This document shows positions 19,694-29,421 of a DNA stretch of 64,000 nucleotides, piece by piece (within the stretch, counting starts at the first letter, position 1; every line of letters starts with the position of its first letter). The DNA is taken from contig CAMAVZ010000002.1 of the NCBI GenBank assembly GCA_945861645.1, positions 44,787 to 108,786 of the forward strand, in the 5' to 3' direction. Source of the stretch: Opitutus sp. GAS368. GTDB taxonomy: Bacteria; Verrucomicrobiota; Verrucomicrobiia; Opitutales; Opitutaceae. Under the pieces are notes generated by a model that worked only from the letters and a program-made list of their open reading frames with translations, was not told where the DNA came from and did no database searches. Made by a program: the position numbers and the translations under genes.

Positions 19694-22600
19694 ATGATTA
19701 ACGGGATTATTCGTTGGTCGCTACAAAATCGTTTTATTGTGTTGGCGGCATTTCTTGCCCTCTGCGCGTGGGGCGTAGTGGCTCTGCAGCGGGTCCCCAT
19801 TGATGCGATCCCTGATTTGTCAGAGAATCAGGTGATCGTCTATGCCGACTGGCCAGGCCGTTCGCCCCAGGAAGTGGAAGATCAAATCACTTATCGACTT
19901 TCGGTTACGCTGCAGGGTCTCGCCGGAGTTAAGGTGGTACGGGCGACGTCGATGTTTGGCTTCTCGTTTCTCACGGTAATTTTTGAAGACAAGATCGACC
20001 CCTACTTCGCTCGCTCGCGCGTGTTGGAACGCCTCAATGCCATTGGTGATATGCTTCCTACCGGGGTAGTCGCTCGGCTGGGACCCGATGCCACTGGGCT
20101 GGGCTGGGTTTATCAATATTACCTCGAAGACGCTTCGGGTACGCAGAATCTCGGCACCCTCCGCACGCTGCAGGATAATTTTATCCGCTACCAACTGGCC
20201 GGCGTATCCGGCGTCGCCGAGGTCGCCAGTATCGGGGGCTTCGTTCGCCAATATCAAATCGAAGTCTCGGCCTTAAAATTAAAGCAATTCGACCTTATGC
20301 TCGGGGACATCATTGCCGCCGTGAGCCAAAGCAATCTCAACGTGGGCGGCAAAACTGTCGAAGAAAATGGCGCAGAATTTATTGTCCGCGGCATCGGCCT
20401 CATTACGAGCAGCGCCGATTTAGAAAAAATCCCCCTCCTAACGCGCGGCGACCAGCCGCTCTACCTCCGGGATGTAGCGACCATCCAGATCGGCGGTGAT
20501 TTTCGCCGCGGCACCCTCGATGTAAACGGTCGCGAGGTTGTCGGTGGTATCGTGATCATGCGCTACGGTGAAAATGCCTATCGCGTGATTGAAGCCGTCA
20601 AAGCCCGCCTCGCCACCATGGCAGCGGGCCTGCCCGCCGGCGTATCGATCGCCTCGTTCTACGACCGGAGCGAACTCATCGATCGAGCGATCAAGACGCT
20701 TAAGCATGCCCTCACGGAGGAAATCATCCTCGTGACACTCATGCACATTCTCTTTTTGTTTCATTTCCGCAGCATCCTCGTCGTCACGCTGCCCCTACCA
20801 GCCTCCCTGTTGATATCCTTTATCCTCATGGATCGCTTCGGCATTCCGTCCCATATCATGTCGCTCACCGGCATCGCGATTTCCATCGGCGTGCTGGTCG
20901 ATGCCGGTATTGTGATGACCGAAAATGTTATCCGCCATTGCGAGCTGGCAGAGATAAGACTTCGCCGGCGCCTGACCGGACCCGAGGTATTTCAGGAAAC
21001 GCTCACCGCCGCCACGCAAGTAGGCCGGCCCATGGTCTTCTCCATGGCGATCATCATATTCGCATTCGTTCCGGTATTTATGCTGACGGGCCAAGAGGGA
21101 AAACTTTTCCACCCGCTGGCGTTAACTAAATCTTTCGCCCTGCTCGGCGCTGTTCTGCTGGCCATCACGGCGGTGCCCGTTTTTTGCACCATCCTCGTGC
21201 GCGGCCCATTTAAGCCTGAGAGCGAAAATTTGCTGATGAAGTATTTGCTCCGACTTTATGATCCGGTACTCGATTGGGCGCTCGCGCATCGTAAAATCGT
21301 AATCGGCCTCGCCGCGGCGCTACTCGCCAGCGCCACGCTCGTGGCTTTTGGTTTGCCCCGCTCAATCACCGCTCGGCTTTCTCCCCAAATTGCCCGCCAT
21401 TTTACCGGCTTCGGGAGCGAATTCATGCCGACGCTCGAGGAAGGCAGCTTGCTATTTATGCCGGTCCTACTCCCGGCGACTTCGCTGAGCGAAGTTAAGC
21501 GGATCATGGCCTGGCAAGATCGCGTCATCAGCGCTCATCCGGCCGTCGCCTCCGTCGCTGGTAAATTGGGCCGCGCCGATACCGCCACGGATACCGCTCC
21601 CGTCGAGATGATCGAAACCACTATTATGCTGAAGCCAGCGGACCAGTGGCCGCTGGGGACGACCAAGGCCTCTATTATTGCCGATCTCTCCAGTAAACTC
21701 ATGAACGTGCCGGGCTATGTGCCGGGTTTTCTCCAGCCCATTGAAAATCGTATTCTCATGACGAGTACCGGTATTCGCGCCCAAGTCGGGGTCAAAATAT
21801 TTGGCGATGATCTGGCCGCACTGCAGCGCAAAGCCTTTGAAGTGGAGCGCGTGATAAATCAGGTGCAGGGCGCCGTCGGCGTCGCGCCGTCGCGTGTGCA
21901 GGGCAAGCCGTATCTTGAAATCACGATCGATCGTGATCGCATGAGCCGCTACGGACTCCGCGCCCAACAATTGCTTGAATATGTGGAAACCGGCTTCGGC
22001 GGCACGACCATCAGCACCACACTCCAGGGCCGCGAACGTTGGCCGTTACAGGTGAGACTCGAACAAGCCGATCGCGACGACATCGATAAATTTGGTGATC
22101 TCCTTATTCCCACTCCCGCTGGACCTCATGTGCCTTTGCGGGAGCTCGCTGAAATCAAACGCGTAGTTGGCCCCAGTGAAATTTCGTCTGAAAATGGCCG
22201 CCTCCGGGTATTTGTGCAGGCGAATGTGGGCGATCGGGATTTGGGCGGATTTGTCGAGGAGATCAAAACGCGCGTCACCCAAGACGTTCCCCTCGATCCA
22301 GGCATGACCATCGAATACTCCGGTCAATATGAGCATCAGCTGCGAGCCCGGCAGACCTTATTCTATGTTTTCCCCACGGTTCTGCTGATTATTTTTGGGT
22401 TACTCATCATGACTTTTAAGTCCATCATGGAAGCAGCGCATGTTATCCTCGCGGTCCCGTTTGCCCTCACCGGCGGTGTCATGCTTCAAGCCATGCTCGG
22501 ATACAATTTCAGCGTGGCGGTCTGGGTTGGTTACATCGCGCTGTTCGGTACCGCCATCCAGACCGGCATAATCATGGTCATCTATCTCGAGGAAGCCGTG

Positions 22601-22885
22601 GCCAAAAAACAACTCGAGCTCGGGGGCACCTTGACCCGCGCCGCTTTACTTGAGGCGATCAAAGCGGGAGCCCGTTTGCGTTTGCGCCCCAAGGTCATGA
22701 CCGTCGCCACCGCCATCGCCTCGCTGCTGCCCATCTTTTGGTTAGACCGCACTGGGGTTGAAGTCATGCGGCCCCTTGCGGCGCCCGTCGTGGGCGGCAT
22801 GCTGTCGAGCCTCATCCATATTCTCGTCGTCACGCCCGTGCTCTTCGCCTGGTTGCGGGAGCGCAAATTACCCGAAGTAATCTAA
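19694..22885 (+). CDS. cusA: CusA family Cu(I)/Ag(I) HME-RND efflux pump
   Basis: DAIPDLSENQVIV, LGPDATGLGWVYQY and RLRPKVMT motifs; Met-triad segments LLFMP, PVEMIET and RILMTSTG. Confidence 0.93.
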   Translation: MINGIIRWSLQNRFIVLAAFLALCAWGVVALQRVPIDAIPDLSENQVIVYADWPGRSPQEVEDQITYRLSVTLQGLAGVKVVRATSMFGFSFLTVIFEDKIDPYFARSRVLERLNAIGDMLPTGVVARLGPDATGLGWVYQYYLEDASGTQNLGTLRTLQDNFIRYQLAGVSGVAEVASIGGFVRQYQIEVSALKLKQFDLMLGDIIAAVSQSNLNVGGKTVEENGAEFIVRGIGLITSSADLEKIPLLTRGDQPLYLRDVATIQIGGDFRRGTLDVNGREVVGGIVIMRYGENAYRVIEAVKARLATMAAGLPAGVSIASFYDRSELIDRAIKTLKHALTEEIILVTLMHILFLFHFRSILVVTLPLPASLLISFILMDRFGIPSHIMSLTGIAISIGVLVDAGIVMTENVIRHCELAEIRLRRRLTGPEVFQETLTAATQVGRPMVFSMAIIIFAFVPVFMLTGQEGKLFHPLALTKSFALLGAVLLAITAVPVFCTILVRGPFKPESENLLMKYLLRLYDPVLDWALAHRKIVIGLAAALLASATLVAFGLPRSITARLSPQIARHFTGFGSEFMPTLEEGSLLFMPVLLPATSLSEVKRIMAWQDRVISAHPAVASVAGKLGRADTATDTAPVEMIETTIMLKPADQWPLGTTKASIIADLSSKLMNVPGYVPGFLQPIENRILMTSTGIRAQVGVKIFGDDLAALQRKAFEVERVINQVQGAVGVAPSRVQGKPYLEITIDRDRMSRYGLRAQQLLEYVETGFGGTTISTTLQGRERWPLQVRLEQADRDDIDKFGDLLIPTPAGPHVPLRELAEIKRVVGPSEISSENGRLRVFVQANVGDRDLGGFVEEIKTRVTQDVPLDPGMTIEYSGQYEHQLRARQTLFYVFPTVLLIIFGLLIMTFKSIMEAAHVILAVPFALTGGVMLQAMLGYNFSVAVWVGYIALFGTAIQTGIIMVIYLEEAVAKKQLELGGTLTRAALLEAIKAGARLRLRPKVMTVATAIASLLPIFWLDRTGVEVMRPLAAPVVGGMLSSLIHILVVTPVLFAWLRERKLPEVI

Positions 22886-22927
22886 GCGAACAGCTAGTCT
22901 TGGCCGGCGGGCGATCGAATTTATTGA

Positions 22928-23164
22928 TTAGTCGCCGACGCGCCTAAACCGCGGCTGGCTCTGCCCCGCTAGGAGAATACTCTCGATGAACATGGCGGCG
23001 GGCCGCACCCAGAGACCGCGCTCGCCGTAAAGCGCTTGATAAACAACGAGAGGAGCTAGCGTCTCGCAATGTCGCGCCAAGCCGAGCACGCGATAATCGT
23101 TGCCCTTGTAATGACGATAAAGTCCCGGGGTCGGTTCAAGGGGGAGCGGAGATAAATCATGCAT
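22928..23164 (-). CDS. DUF1653 domain protein
   Basis: GLYRHYKGNDY...VVYQALYG...WVRPAAMF...PRF. Confidence 0.88.
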   Translation of the reverse strand: MHDLSPLPLEPTPGLYRHYKGNDYRVLGLARHCETLAPLVVYQALYGERGLWVRPAAMFIESILLAGQSQPRFRRVGD

Positions 23165-23305
23165 TGATCGCTAATCTGAGCCCGCGTCCCCATCGAGCAA
23201 TCCCCCATTTTTTCGCCGAGAGAAGCCGCTTCATAATAAAATTATTTACTCCGCCCCTCTCGCCATTGACGTCTAGCAGGCCCCCATTTATCGGTTCCCC
23301 ACTGC

Positions 23306-24643
23306 ATGAGTGCATCATCACTGCCGCCCGCCACGCCCCCCGCCCATCCGACTTTTCGGACGGCGCTGCGCTTCTGGCTAAAACTCGGTTGCATCAGCTT
23401 TGGCGGACCCACCGGCCAGATTGCGCTCATGCATACGGAGTTGGTTGAAAAAAAACGCTGGATCGGCGAGGCGCGTTTCTTGCATGCGCTCAACTACTGC
23501 ATGCTGTTGCCCGGTCCCGAAGCCCAACAACTCGCCATCTACTGCGGGTGGCTCCTGCATCGCACTTGGGGCGGACTCGCCGCCGGCCTCCTCTTTGTGC
23601 TGCCCTCCGCCTTGCTCCTGTGGGGCCTCAGTTACGTTTATGTCGCCTATGGCAACGTGCCTTGGATCAGCGCAATTTTCTACGGGCTAAAACCGGCGGT
23701 CCTCGCCCTCGTCGCTACAGCAGGAATCCGTCTCGGGACTAAGGTGCTGAAAAACTCGATCCTCGTTTCGATCGCGGCCCTCGCTTTTGTCGCGCTGTTC
23801 TTTTTTCACACGCCCTTCCCGCTCATCATCAGCAGTGCCGCTGTCATCGGCTACTTCGGCGGACTCCGCTGGGAGAAAGTTTTTAATGTGACAGCGGGCC
23901 ACGGAAGCCCAACGACCGCCACAGCTTCTGCCGTCATCGATGATGCCGAAGCGGCGCCGGCCCATACGCGCCCTTCCTGGACCCGCGCCGGCCAAGTTCT
24001 ATTGGTGGGCTTGGCCGCCTGGTGGACCCCGGTGTTGCTGATCGGGCTCTGGCAAGGGAGGGGGGCCACGCTCACGCAAGAGGGGATTTTTTTTAGCAAA
24101 GCCGCCTTAGTCACTTTTGGCGGCGCCTACGCCGTGCTCCCTTATGTGGCGCAACAAGCGGTCGAGCATTTCCACTGGCTCACCGCACCGCAGATGCTCG
24201 ATGGGCTTGGCCTAGCGGAAACCACGCCCGGACCGCTGATCATGGTGCTCCAATTCGTGGGCTTCCTCGGTGGCTGGCAGCAGCCCGGAAATTTATCCCC
24301 GCTCCTCGCCGCCACCCTTGGGGCCGCCCTGACGACGTGGGTAACTTTTGTCCCTTGCTTCATTTGGATTTTACTCGGGGCACCTTTTATCGAGCAATTG
24401 CGACGCCAAACGCGCCTAACGTGCGCGCTCACCGCCGTCACCGCCGCCGTGGTGGGCGTAGTGCTCAACCTCGCGCTCTGGTTCGGCCAGCACGTGATTT
24501 TCCCCCAGGCGGGCCACCCGGATTGGTTTATTATTATCGTCGCGGGACTGGCCTGGTGGGCGCTGCGGCGTTTCCCATCCGCGCTTTTCCCGGTGATTAT
24601 CGCCAGCGTCAGCCTCGGCCTACTCCATCATTTACTGGGGTGA
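23306..24643 (+). CDS. chrA: Chromate efflux transporter ChrA (long-chain CHR)
   Basis: SFGGPTGQI, LPGPEAQQ, TFGGAYAVL and TTPGPL motifs. Confidence 0.93.
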   Translation: MSASSLPPATPPAHPTFRTALRFWLKLGCISFGGPTGQIALMHTELVEKKRWIGEARFLHALNYCMLLPGPEAQQLAIYCGWLLHRTWGGLAAGLLFVLPSALLLWGLSYVYVAYGNVPWISAIFYGLKPAVLALVATAGIRLGTKVLKNSILVSIAALAFVALFFFHTPFPLIISSAAVIGYFGGLRWEKVFNVTAGHGSPTTATASAVIDDAEAAPAHTRPSWTRAGQVLLVGLAAWWTPVLLIGLWQGRGATLTQEGIFFSKAALVTFGGAYAVLPYVAQQAVEHFHWLTAPQMLDGLGLAETTPGPLIMVLQFVGFLGGWQQPGNLSPLLAATLGAALTTWVTFVPCFIWILLGAPFIEQLRRQTRLTCALTAVTAAVVGVVLNLALWFGQHVIFPQAGHPDWFIIIVAGLAWWALRRFPSALFPVIIASVSLGLLHHLLG

Positions 24644-24757
24644 AACTCGGGGCTCAGCCCGCGGACCGGCGACAAATCAGCCAGCGCTTATTCGCCTAGC
24701 CCCATCTCGGGGGTTGCGCTGGCCGAAATGTTGCGCTCATTTGAAGCCCTCTATTAT

Positions 24758-25702
24758 ATGTCCGAGAAAATTGAAAATGTCGTGATCGTCGGTACCGGCT
24801 GTGCCGGTCTCACCGCTGCCATTTATAGTGGCCGCGCTAATCTCCAGCCTCTCGTGATTGAGGGCGTTTTGCCCGGCGGCCAGCTCACCACGACTTCTGA
24901 AGTGGAGAATTTCCCCGGCTTCCCTGAGGGCATCGACGGCTATCAATTGATGCAAAATCTCCGTAAGCAGGCGGAAAAATTTGGGACGCATTACGAAAGT
25001 GGCACCGTGCAAGGACTCGATACGGCGCAGTGGCCCTACACCCTTAAACTCGCCGATCGTACGATTAAGGCAAAAATCATCATTGTCGCCACGGGGGCCT
25101 CCCCCCGGCTCACCGGCATTCCCGGCGAAGCAGAACTTTACGGCGGCAAAGGCGTAACCACCTGCGCCACTTGCGACGGAGCTTTTTATCGCAACATGGA
25201 GGTCGTGGTCATCGGCGGCGGCGATAGCGCCGCGGAGGAAGCCCTCTTCCTCACCCGTTTTGCCAGCAAGGTTTACTTGGTGCATCGCCGCGACGCTCTC
25301 CGCGCCTCGAAAATTATGGCTGATCGCGCGACGTCGCATCCAAAAATTCAGTGCGTGTGGGACAGCGTGCCCGTCGCCGTGGAAGGGGTTGCCGCCGGCG
25401 CCGTCAGTGGTTTGAAAATTAAAAATATTAAAACGGGCGTGGAAAGCGTGCTCCCCGTGAAAGGTGTTTTTGTCGCGATCGGTCACGTGCCCAACACCGC
25501 GCCCTTTAAGGATGCGGTCGACACCGATGAGCAGGGCTATTTTGTCCCGACCGGCCACAGCCAAGTGAAGACCAAGACCCCCGGCGTGTACGTGGCGGGG
25601 GATTGCGCCGATCATCATTATCGTCAGGCCATCACCGCTGCCGGCATGGGTTGCCAAGCGGCGATCGAAGCGGAACGCTGGCTAGCTGAGAAAGGTGCCT
25701 GA
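24758..25702 (+). CDS. trxB: Thioredoxin reductase
   Basis: [19 protein letters not shown] and YRQAITAAG motifs. Confidence 0.95.
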   Translation: MSEKIENVVIVGTGCAGLTAAIYSGRANLQPLVIEGVLPGGQLTTTSEVENFPGFPEGIDGYQLMQNLRKQAEKFGTHYESGTVQGLDTAQWPYTLKLADRTIKAKIIIVATGASPRLTGIPGEAELYGGKGVTTCATCDGAFYRNMEVVVIGGGDSAAEEALFLTRFASKVYLVHRRDALRASKIMADRATSHPKIQCVWDSVPVAVEGVAAGAVSGLKIKNIKTGVESVLPVKGVFVAIGHVPNTAPFKDAVDTDEQGYFVPTGHSQVKTKTPGVYVAGDCADHHYRQAITAAGMGCQAAIEAERWLAEKGA

Positions 25703-26237
25703 TTCCCTCCCGACTATTTGGGCGAGCCTCGGAATTCCCGCGGATTACGCCGAAGCGCGCCAGTTGCCGATCCAGCGCGAGGCTCAAGCGTTGATCACGA
25801 TTGGACGCACCGTTGACCGACGCTTAATTAAACTCACCCCCAGCGCGGCGGCGGCGTGGCAACGCCTCCGGGCGGCCGCGGCGCGTGCTGACATCGCGCT
25901 GCGCCCCATCTCGGGTTTTCGCAGCATTGCGCGGCAAACAGCAATCATTCGGCGGAAATTGGCCGCGGGTATGCCACTGGCCGAGATCTTAAAACTAGTC
26001 GCGGCCCCGGGTTGTAGTGAACATCACACCGGCTGTGCGATCGATATCAGCACCCCCGAGAATCCCAGCCTGGAAGAACATTTCGCCCGCACGCCAGCAT
26101 TCCGCTGGTTAAAAAAGAACGCCGGCCAATTTGATTTTCATCTCAGTTACCCTCGCCGCAACCGCTACCGCATCGGCTACGAACCCTGGCACTGGTGCTG
26201 GCGCCCCACCAGCCGCCAACGCCCTGATCCAGCTTAA
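25695..26237 (+). CDS. M15B (VanY-like) D,D-carboxypeptidase
   Basis: [15 protein letters not shown] and YEPWHW motifs. Confidence 0.88.
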   Translation: MPDSLPTIWASLGIPADYAEARQLPIQREAQALITIGRTVDRRLIKLTPSAAAAWQRLRAAAARADIALRPISGFRSIARQTAIIRRKLAAGMPLAEILKLVAAPGCSEHHTGCAIDISTPENPSLEEHFARTPAFRWLKKNAGQFDFHLSYPRRNRYRIGYEPWHWCWRPTSRQRPDPA

Positions 26238-26328
26238 AATTTCCGCCTCATTTCTAAACCCCTCCAGTCGCGCGCCGAACAGGTTAAAAAACCTCATCCG
26301 CGCCAACGGGCGCGGTCGACCCTGAAAA

Positions 26329-26357
26329 TGGTGCAAGTGATGGGAGTTAAGACCCAC
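26329..26357 (-). other. Degenerate tRNA 3'-end fragment (possible att scar)
   Basis: Minus strand GTGGG-TCTTAACT-CCCAT-CACTTGC-A-CCA: a T-arm-like hairpin, acceptor strand and CCA, with no 5' half. Confidence 0.4.
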
Positions 26358-26520
26358 CTCGGTCTAACCCAGTGAGCTGAATTTTAACTGAAATCAGGTG
26401 CACAGCTAAACAGCTTATCTAGTGAAATATTTGCCAGGGGACCCAATTGCCGAGTTATTAAATAATATGATATTTTATAAGTAACTTATTATCATTATTA
26501 TATAATTATCATGAAAAGAG

Positions 26521-26537
26521 TTTAGAATTATTCTAAA
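26521..26537. promoter_or_regulatory. Perfect 8-1-8 palindrome, ICE/Per-type Fur-family box
   Basis: TTTAGAAT-T-ATTCTAAA, 50 nt upstream of the Fur-family gene in an AT-rich region. Confidence 0.8.
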
Positions 26538-26587
26538 TCCTTGTTGCAATTCAGTCTTATTCCAATTCGTTTTGAAATAATCCTCCC

Positions 26588-27073
26588 ATGAATACCCCCA
26601 GCGAAAATTCTGCCACCCTTACCAAGCGTCTCATCGACAGCGGCCTTCGGCCTACCGCCCAGCGTGAAGTGGTGTTTAAAGTCATTCTAGAAAAGCGCGA
26701 CCATCCGACAGCCGATGAGATTTTTGCCCGAGTAAAATCGCAGATGCCGACCATCTCGCTCGCGACGGTCTACAACTGTCTCGAGACCTTGGTGCATTGC
26801 CAGCTGATCCGCCAAGTCAACCTCGAGCGGGCCCCCACCCGCTACTGCCCGAATCTCCATCAGCACGCCCATTTTCATGATGAGACTACGGGGCAAATCC
26901 ATGACATCGACCTGCCGATCGAACTCATGGCTCAACTGCACGACGTCCTACCGGCGGGTTTTATCGCCTCCAGTATTGAACTCACTTTCCGCGGCGCCGC
27001 CGCCGGCACCGCGCAGCCCACCGTCACCGCAGATTGTGCGCCGACGCTGAACAACCCGCACGGCACCAACTGA
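26588..27073 (+). CDS. Fur-family regulator (Irr/PerR-like)
   Basis: [25 protein letters not shown] and HQHAHFHDE motifs; no CxxC pairs. Confidence 0.88.
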   Translation: MNTPSENSATLTKRLIDSGLRPTAQREVVFKVILEKRDHPTADEIFARVKSQMPTISLATVYNCLETLVHCQLIRQVNLERAPTRYCPNLHQHAHFHDETTGQIHDIDLPIELMAQLHDVLPAGFIASSIELTFRGAAAGTAQPTVTADCAPTLNNPHGTN

Positions 27074-27088
27074 GCCCAACTATTTCCC

Positions 27089-27850
27089 ATGAGCCTACTC
27101 GAAATCAAAAACCTGCACATCAGCATCGGGGATAAAGCCATTGTTAAAGGCTTTAATCTGACCATTAAGCCGGGCGAAGTGCATGCCATTATGGGGCCCA
27201 ATGGCACGGGCAAAAGCACCCTCGCCAAGGCGATCGCCGGCCACCCGAGCTACACCATCACGGAGGGCGATGTGCTCCTCGGCGGTAAGTCGATCTTGGC
27301 GATGCAGCCCGACGAACGTGCGCGCAGCGGCTTATTCCTCGCCTTCCAATATCCGAGCGAAATCCCCGGCGTCTCCATCGCCAATTTTCTACGCGCCGCC
27401 GTGCAAGCCCGCATGGCTGAAGGCGAAGAGCTCGATGCCTCCGGCTATTACAAGAAACTCTACAACAGAATGGACCTGCTGAAGATCGACCGGAAATTCA
27501 CCTCGCGGGCCGTCAATGATGGCTTCTCCGGCGGCGAGAAAAAGCGCTGCGAAATCCTCCAAATGGCCATGCTCGAGCCGCACTTTGCGCTCATGGATGA
27601 AACCGACTCGGGTCTCGATATCGATGCCCTGCGCATTGTGGCCGACGGCGTCAATACGCTCCGCAGCGGCCCGCTTGGCATCTTGCTCATCACGCACTAC
27701 CAGCGCCTGCTTGACTACATCGTGCCCGATTTTGTGCACGTCATGTACGACGGCCGCATCGTTAAGAGCGGCAACAAATCCCTCGCCCTGGAACTCGAGG
27801 CCAAGGGCTATGATTGGGTCAAACAGGAATTCGCCGCCGCGAATGCCTAA
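27089..27850 (+). CDS. sufC: Fe-S assembly ATPase SufC
   Basis: [35 protein letters not shown] and ITHYQRLL motifs. Confidence 0.96.
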   Translation: MSLLEIKNLHISIGDKAIVKGFNLTIKPGEVHAIMGPNGTGKSTLAKAIAGHPSYTITEGDVLLGGKSILAMQPDERARSGLFLAFQYPSEIPGVSIANFLRAAVQARMAEGEELDASGYYKKLYNRMDLLKIDRKFTSRAVNDGFSGGEKKRCEILQMAMLEPHFALMDETDSGLDIDALRIVADGVNTLRSGPLGILLITHYQRLLDYIVPDFVHVMYDGRIVKSGNKSLALELEAKGYDWVKQEFAAANA

Positions 27851-27900
27851 ATTTAATTCACGCCGCTCTGCGTTGCGCCACGTCGCCTCCCTTTTTTCCC

Positions 27901-29340
27901 ATGAAACCAATCACTGAAATCGACGGCGCGCCCGCCTCCACCAGCCCCGTCGTCGGCATCGATCAAACCGCTGGCAACTTTAGCTACAAGGTCGACTACG
28001 CCTTCGACGCCGGCACCGGCCTGAGCGAAGACACCGTCCGCTACATCAGCTCCGTCAAAAAAGAAGCGCCGTGGATTCTGGAATTCCGCCTCAAGGCCCT
28101 CAAAACCTTTTGGGATAAACCCATGCCCACCCATTGGGCGACCAAGGATCTGGAGAATATCGATTTTCAAAAAATTCGCTACTATCTCTCGCAAGGTCAA
28201 AAGCCCAAACGCACCTGGGACGAAGTGCCCGACGACATCAAGAAAACCTTCGAGCGCCTCGGCATCCCCGAGCAGGAGCGGAAATTTCTAGCGGGTGTCG
28301 AAGCGCAATTTGATTCCGAGGCCGCTTACTCCAACATCAAAGACATCGTCGCCAAACAGGGCGTCATCTTTGTTAATTCCACTGAGGGTCTCCGCGAACA
28401 TCCGGAGATTTTTAAGAAATTCTTCGGCAAAGTTATTCCTACGGGCGATAATAAATTCTCCGCCTTGAACAGCGCGGTGTTCTCCGGTGGTTCCTTCATC
28501 TACGTGCCGCCCGGCGTTAAAGTCGCCCAGCCGCTGCAAGCTTACTTCCGCATTAACGCCGAAAATTTTGGCCAATTCGAGCGCACGCTTATCATCGCGG
28601 ATGAAGGCGCTGAAGTGGTTTATATGGAGGGCTGCACCGCACCCAAATTCTCCACGTCCACTCTGCACAGCGCCGTGGTAGAACTCGTCGCGCTCAAGGG
28701 CGCGAAAATCCAATACATCACCGTCCAGAATTGGGCTAATAATGTTTTCAATTTGGTCACCAAACGGGGCGTCGCCTACGAGGATGCTGAAATTAAATGG
28801 ATCGACTGCAATATTGGTAGTCGGCTCACGATGAAATACCCCGGCGTGGTCCTAAAGGGCGAACGGGCCCGCGGCGAAGTCCTCTCCATCGCTCTCGCCA
28901 ACGATGGCCAACATCAGGACACCGGCGCCAAAATGGTCCACGCGGCCAACAACACGACGTCGAACATCATCGCCAAATCTATCTCGGTCGGCCAAGGCCG
29001 CTCCACTTACCGCGGCGTAGTGCATATTCCTAAGCACCTCAAAGGCTGCAAAAATAACACCGAGTGTGATGCGCTGCTGATTAATACCAATAGCCGGACC
29101 GACACTTATCCCGCCATCTCGGTGCGCGGCGATCGCAACGCCACGCAGCATGAGGCGAGCGTTTCGAAGGTCAGCGAAGATATGATCTTCTACATGCAAT
29201 CGCGCGGCCTGACAGAGGCCCAGGCCATGAGCCTAGCGGTCAATGGTTTCATCAATGACCTCGCCCGCCAATTCCCGATGGAATATTCCGTCGAACTCAA
29301 ACGCCTCATCGACCTCGAAATGGAAGGCTCCGTCGGTTAA
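27901..29340 (+). CDS. sufB: Fe-S assembly protein SufB
   Basis: [21 protein letters not shown] and C-terminal MEGSVG. Start at ATG 27901. Confidence 0.96.
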   Translation: MKPITEIDGAPASTSPVVGIDQTAGNFSYKVDYAFDAGTGLSEDTVRYISSVKKEAPWILEFRLKALKTFWDKPMPTHWATKDLENIDFQKIRYYLSQGQKPKRTWDEVPDDIKKTFERLGIPEQERKFLAGVEAQFDSEAAYSNIKDIVAKQGVIFVNSTEGLREHPEIFKKFFGKVIPTGDNKFSALNSAVFSGGSFIYVPPGVKVAQPLQAYFRINAENFGQFERTLIIADEGAEVVYMEGCTAPKFSTSTLHSAVVELVALKGAKIQYITVQNWANNVFNLVTKRGVAYEDAEIKWIDCNIGSRLTMKYPGVVLKGERARGEVLSIALANDGQHQDTGAKMVHAANNTTSNIIAKSISVGQGRSTYRGVVHIPKHLKGCKNNTECDALLINTNSRTDTYPAISVRGDRNATQHEASVSKVSEDMIFYMQSRGLTEAQAMSLAVNGFINDLARQFPMEYSVELKRLIDLEMEGSVG

Positions 29341-29421
29341 CTATTCCGACGAGGAGGAGCCGCTTTACGCCGCCACGATTTTAAGCGCGGCCTAAACCGT
29401 CCCCGACCACCAGACAATCCC

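Noticed and set aside
16068-24643. Metal-resistance genomic island or transposon
   Set aside because: No integrase, transposase, terminal repeats or obvious compositional break was seen at its edges.
24737-25657. 306-aa antisense ORF over trxB, and similar shadow ORFs at 5760-6416, 1657-2283, 39436-40080 and 45049-45732
   Set aside because: They lie opposite well-supported genes, have no recognisable motifs, and are expected from codon bias in GC-rich DNA.
26329-26420. Possible intact tRNA or tmRNA
   Set aside because: No 5' acceptor strand, D-arm or anticodon arm could be built, so it is kept only as a fragment.
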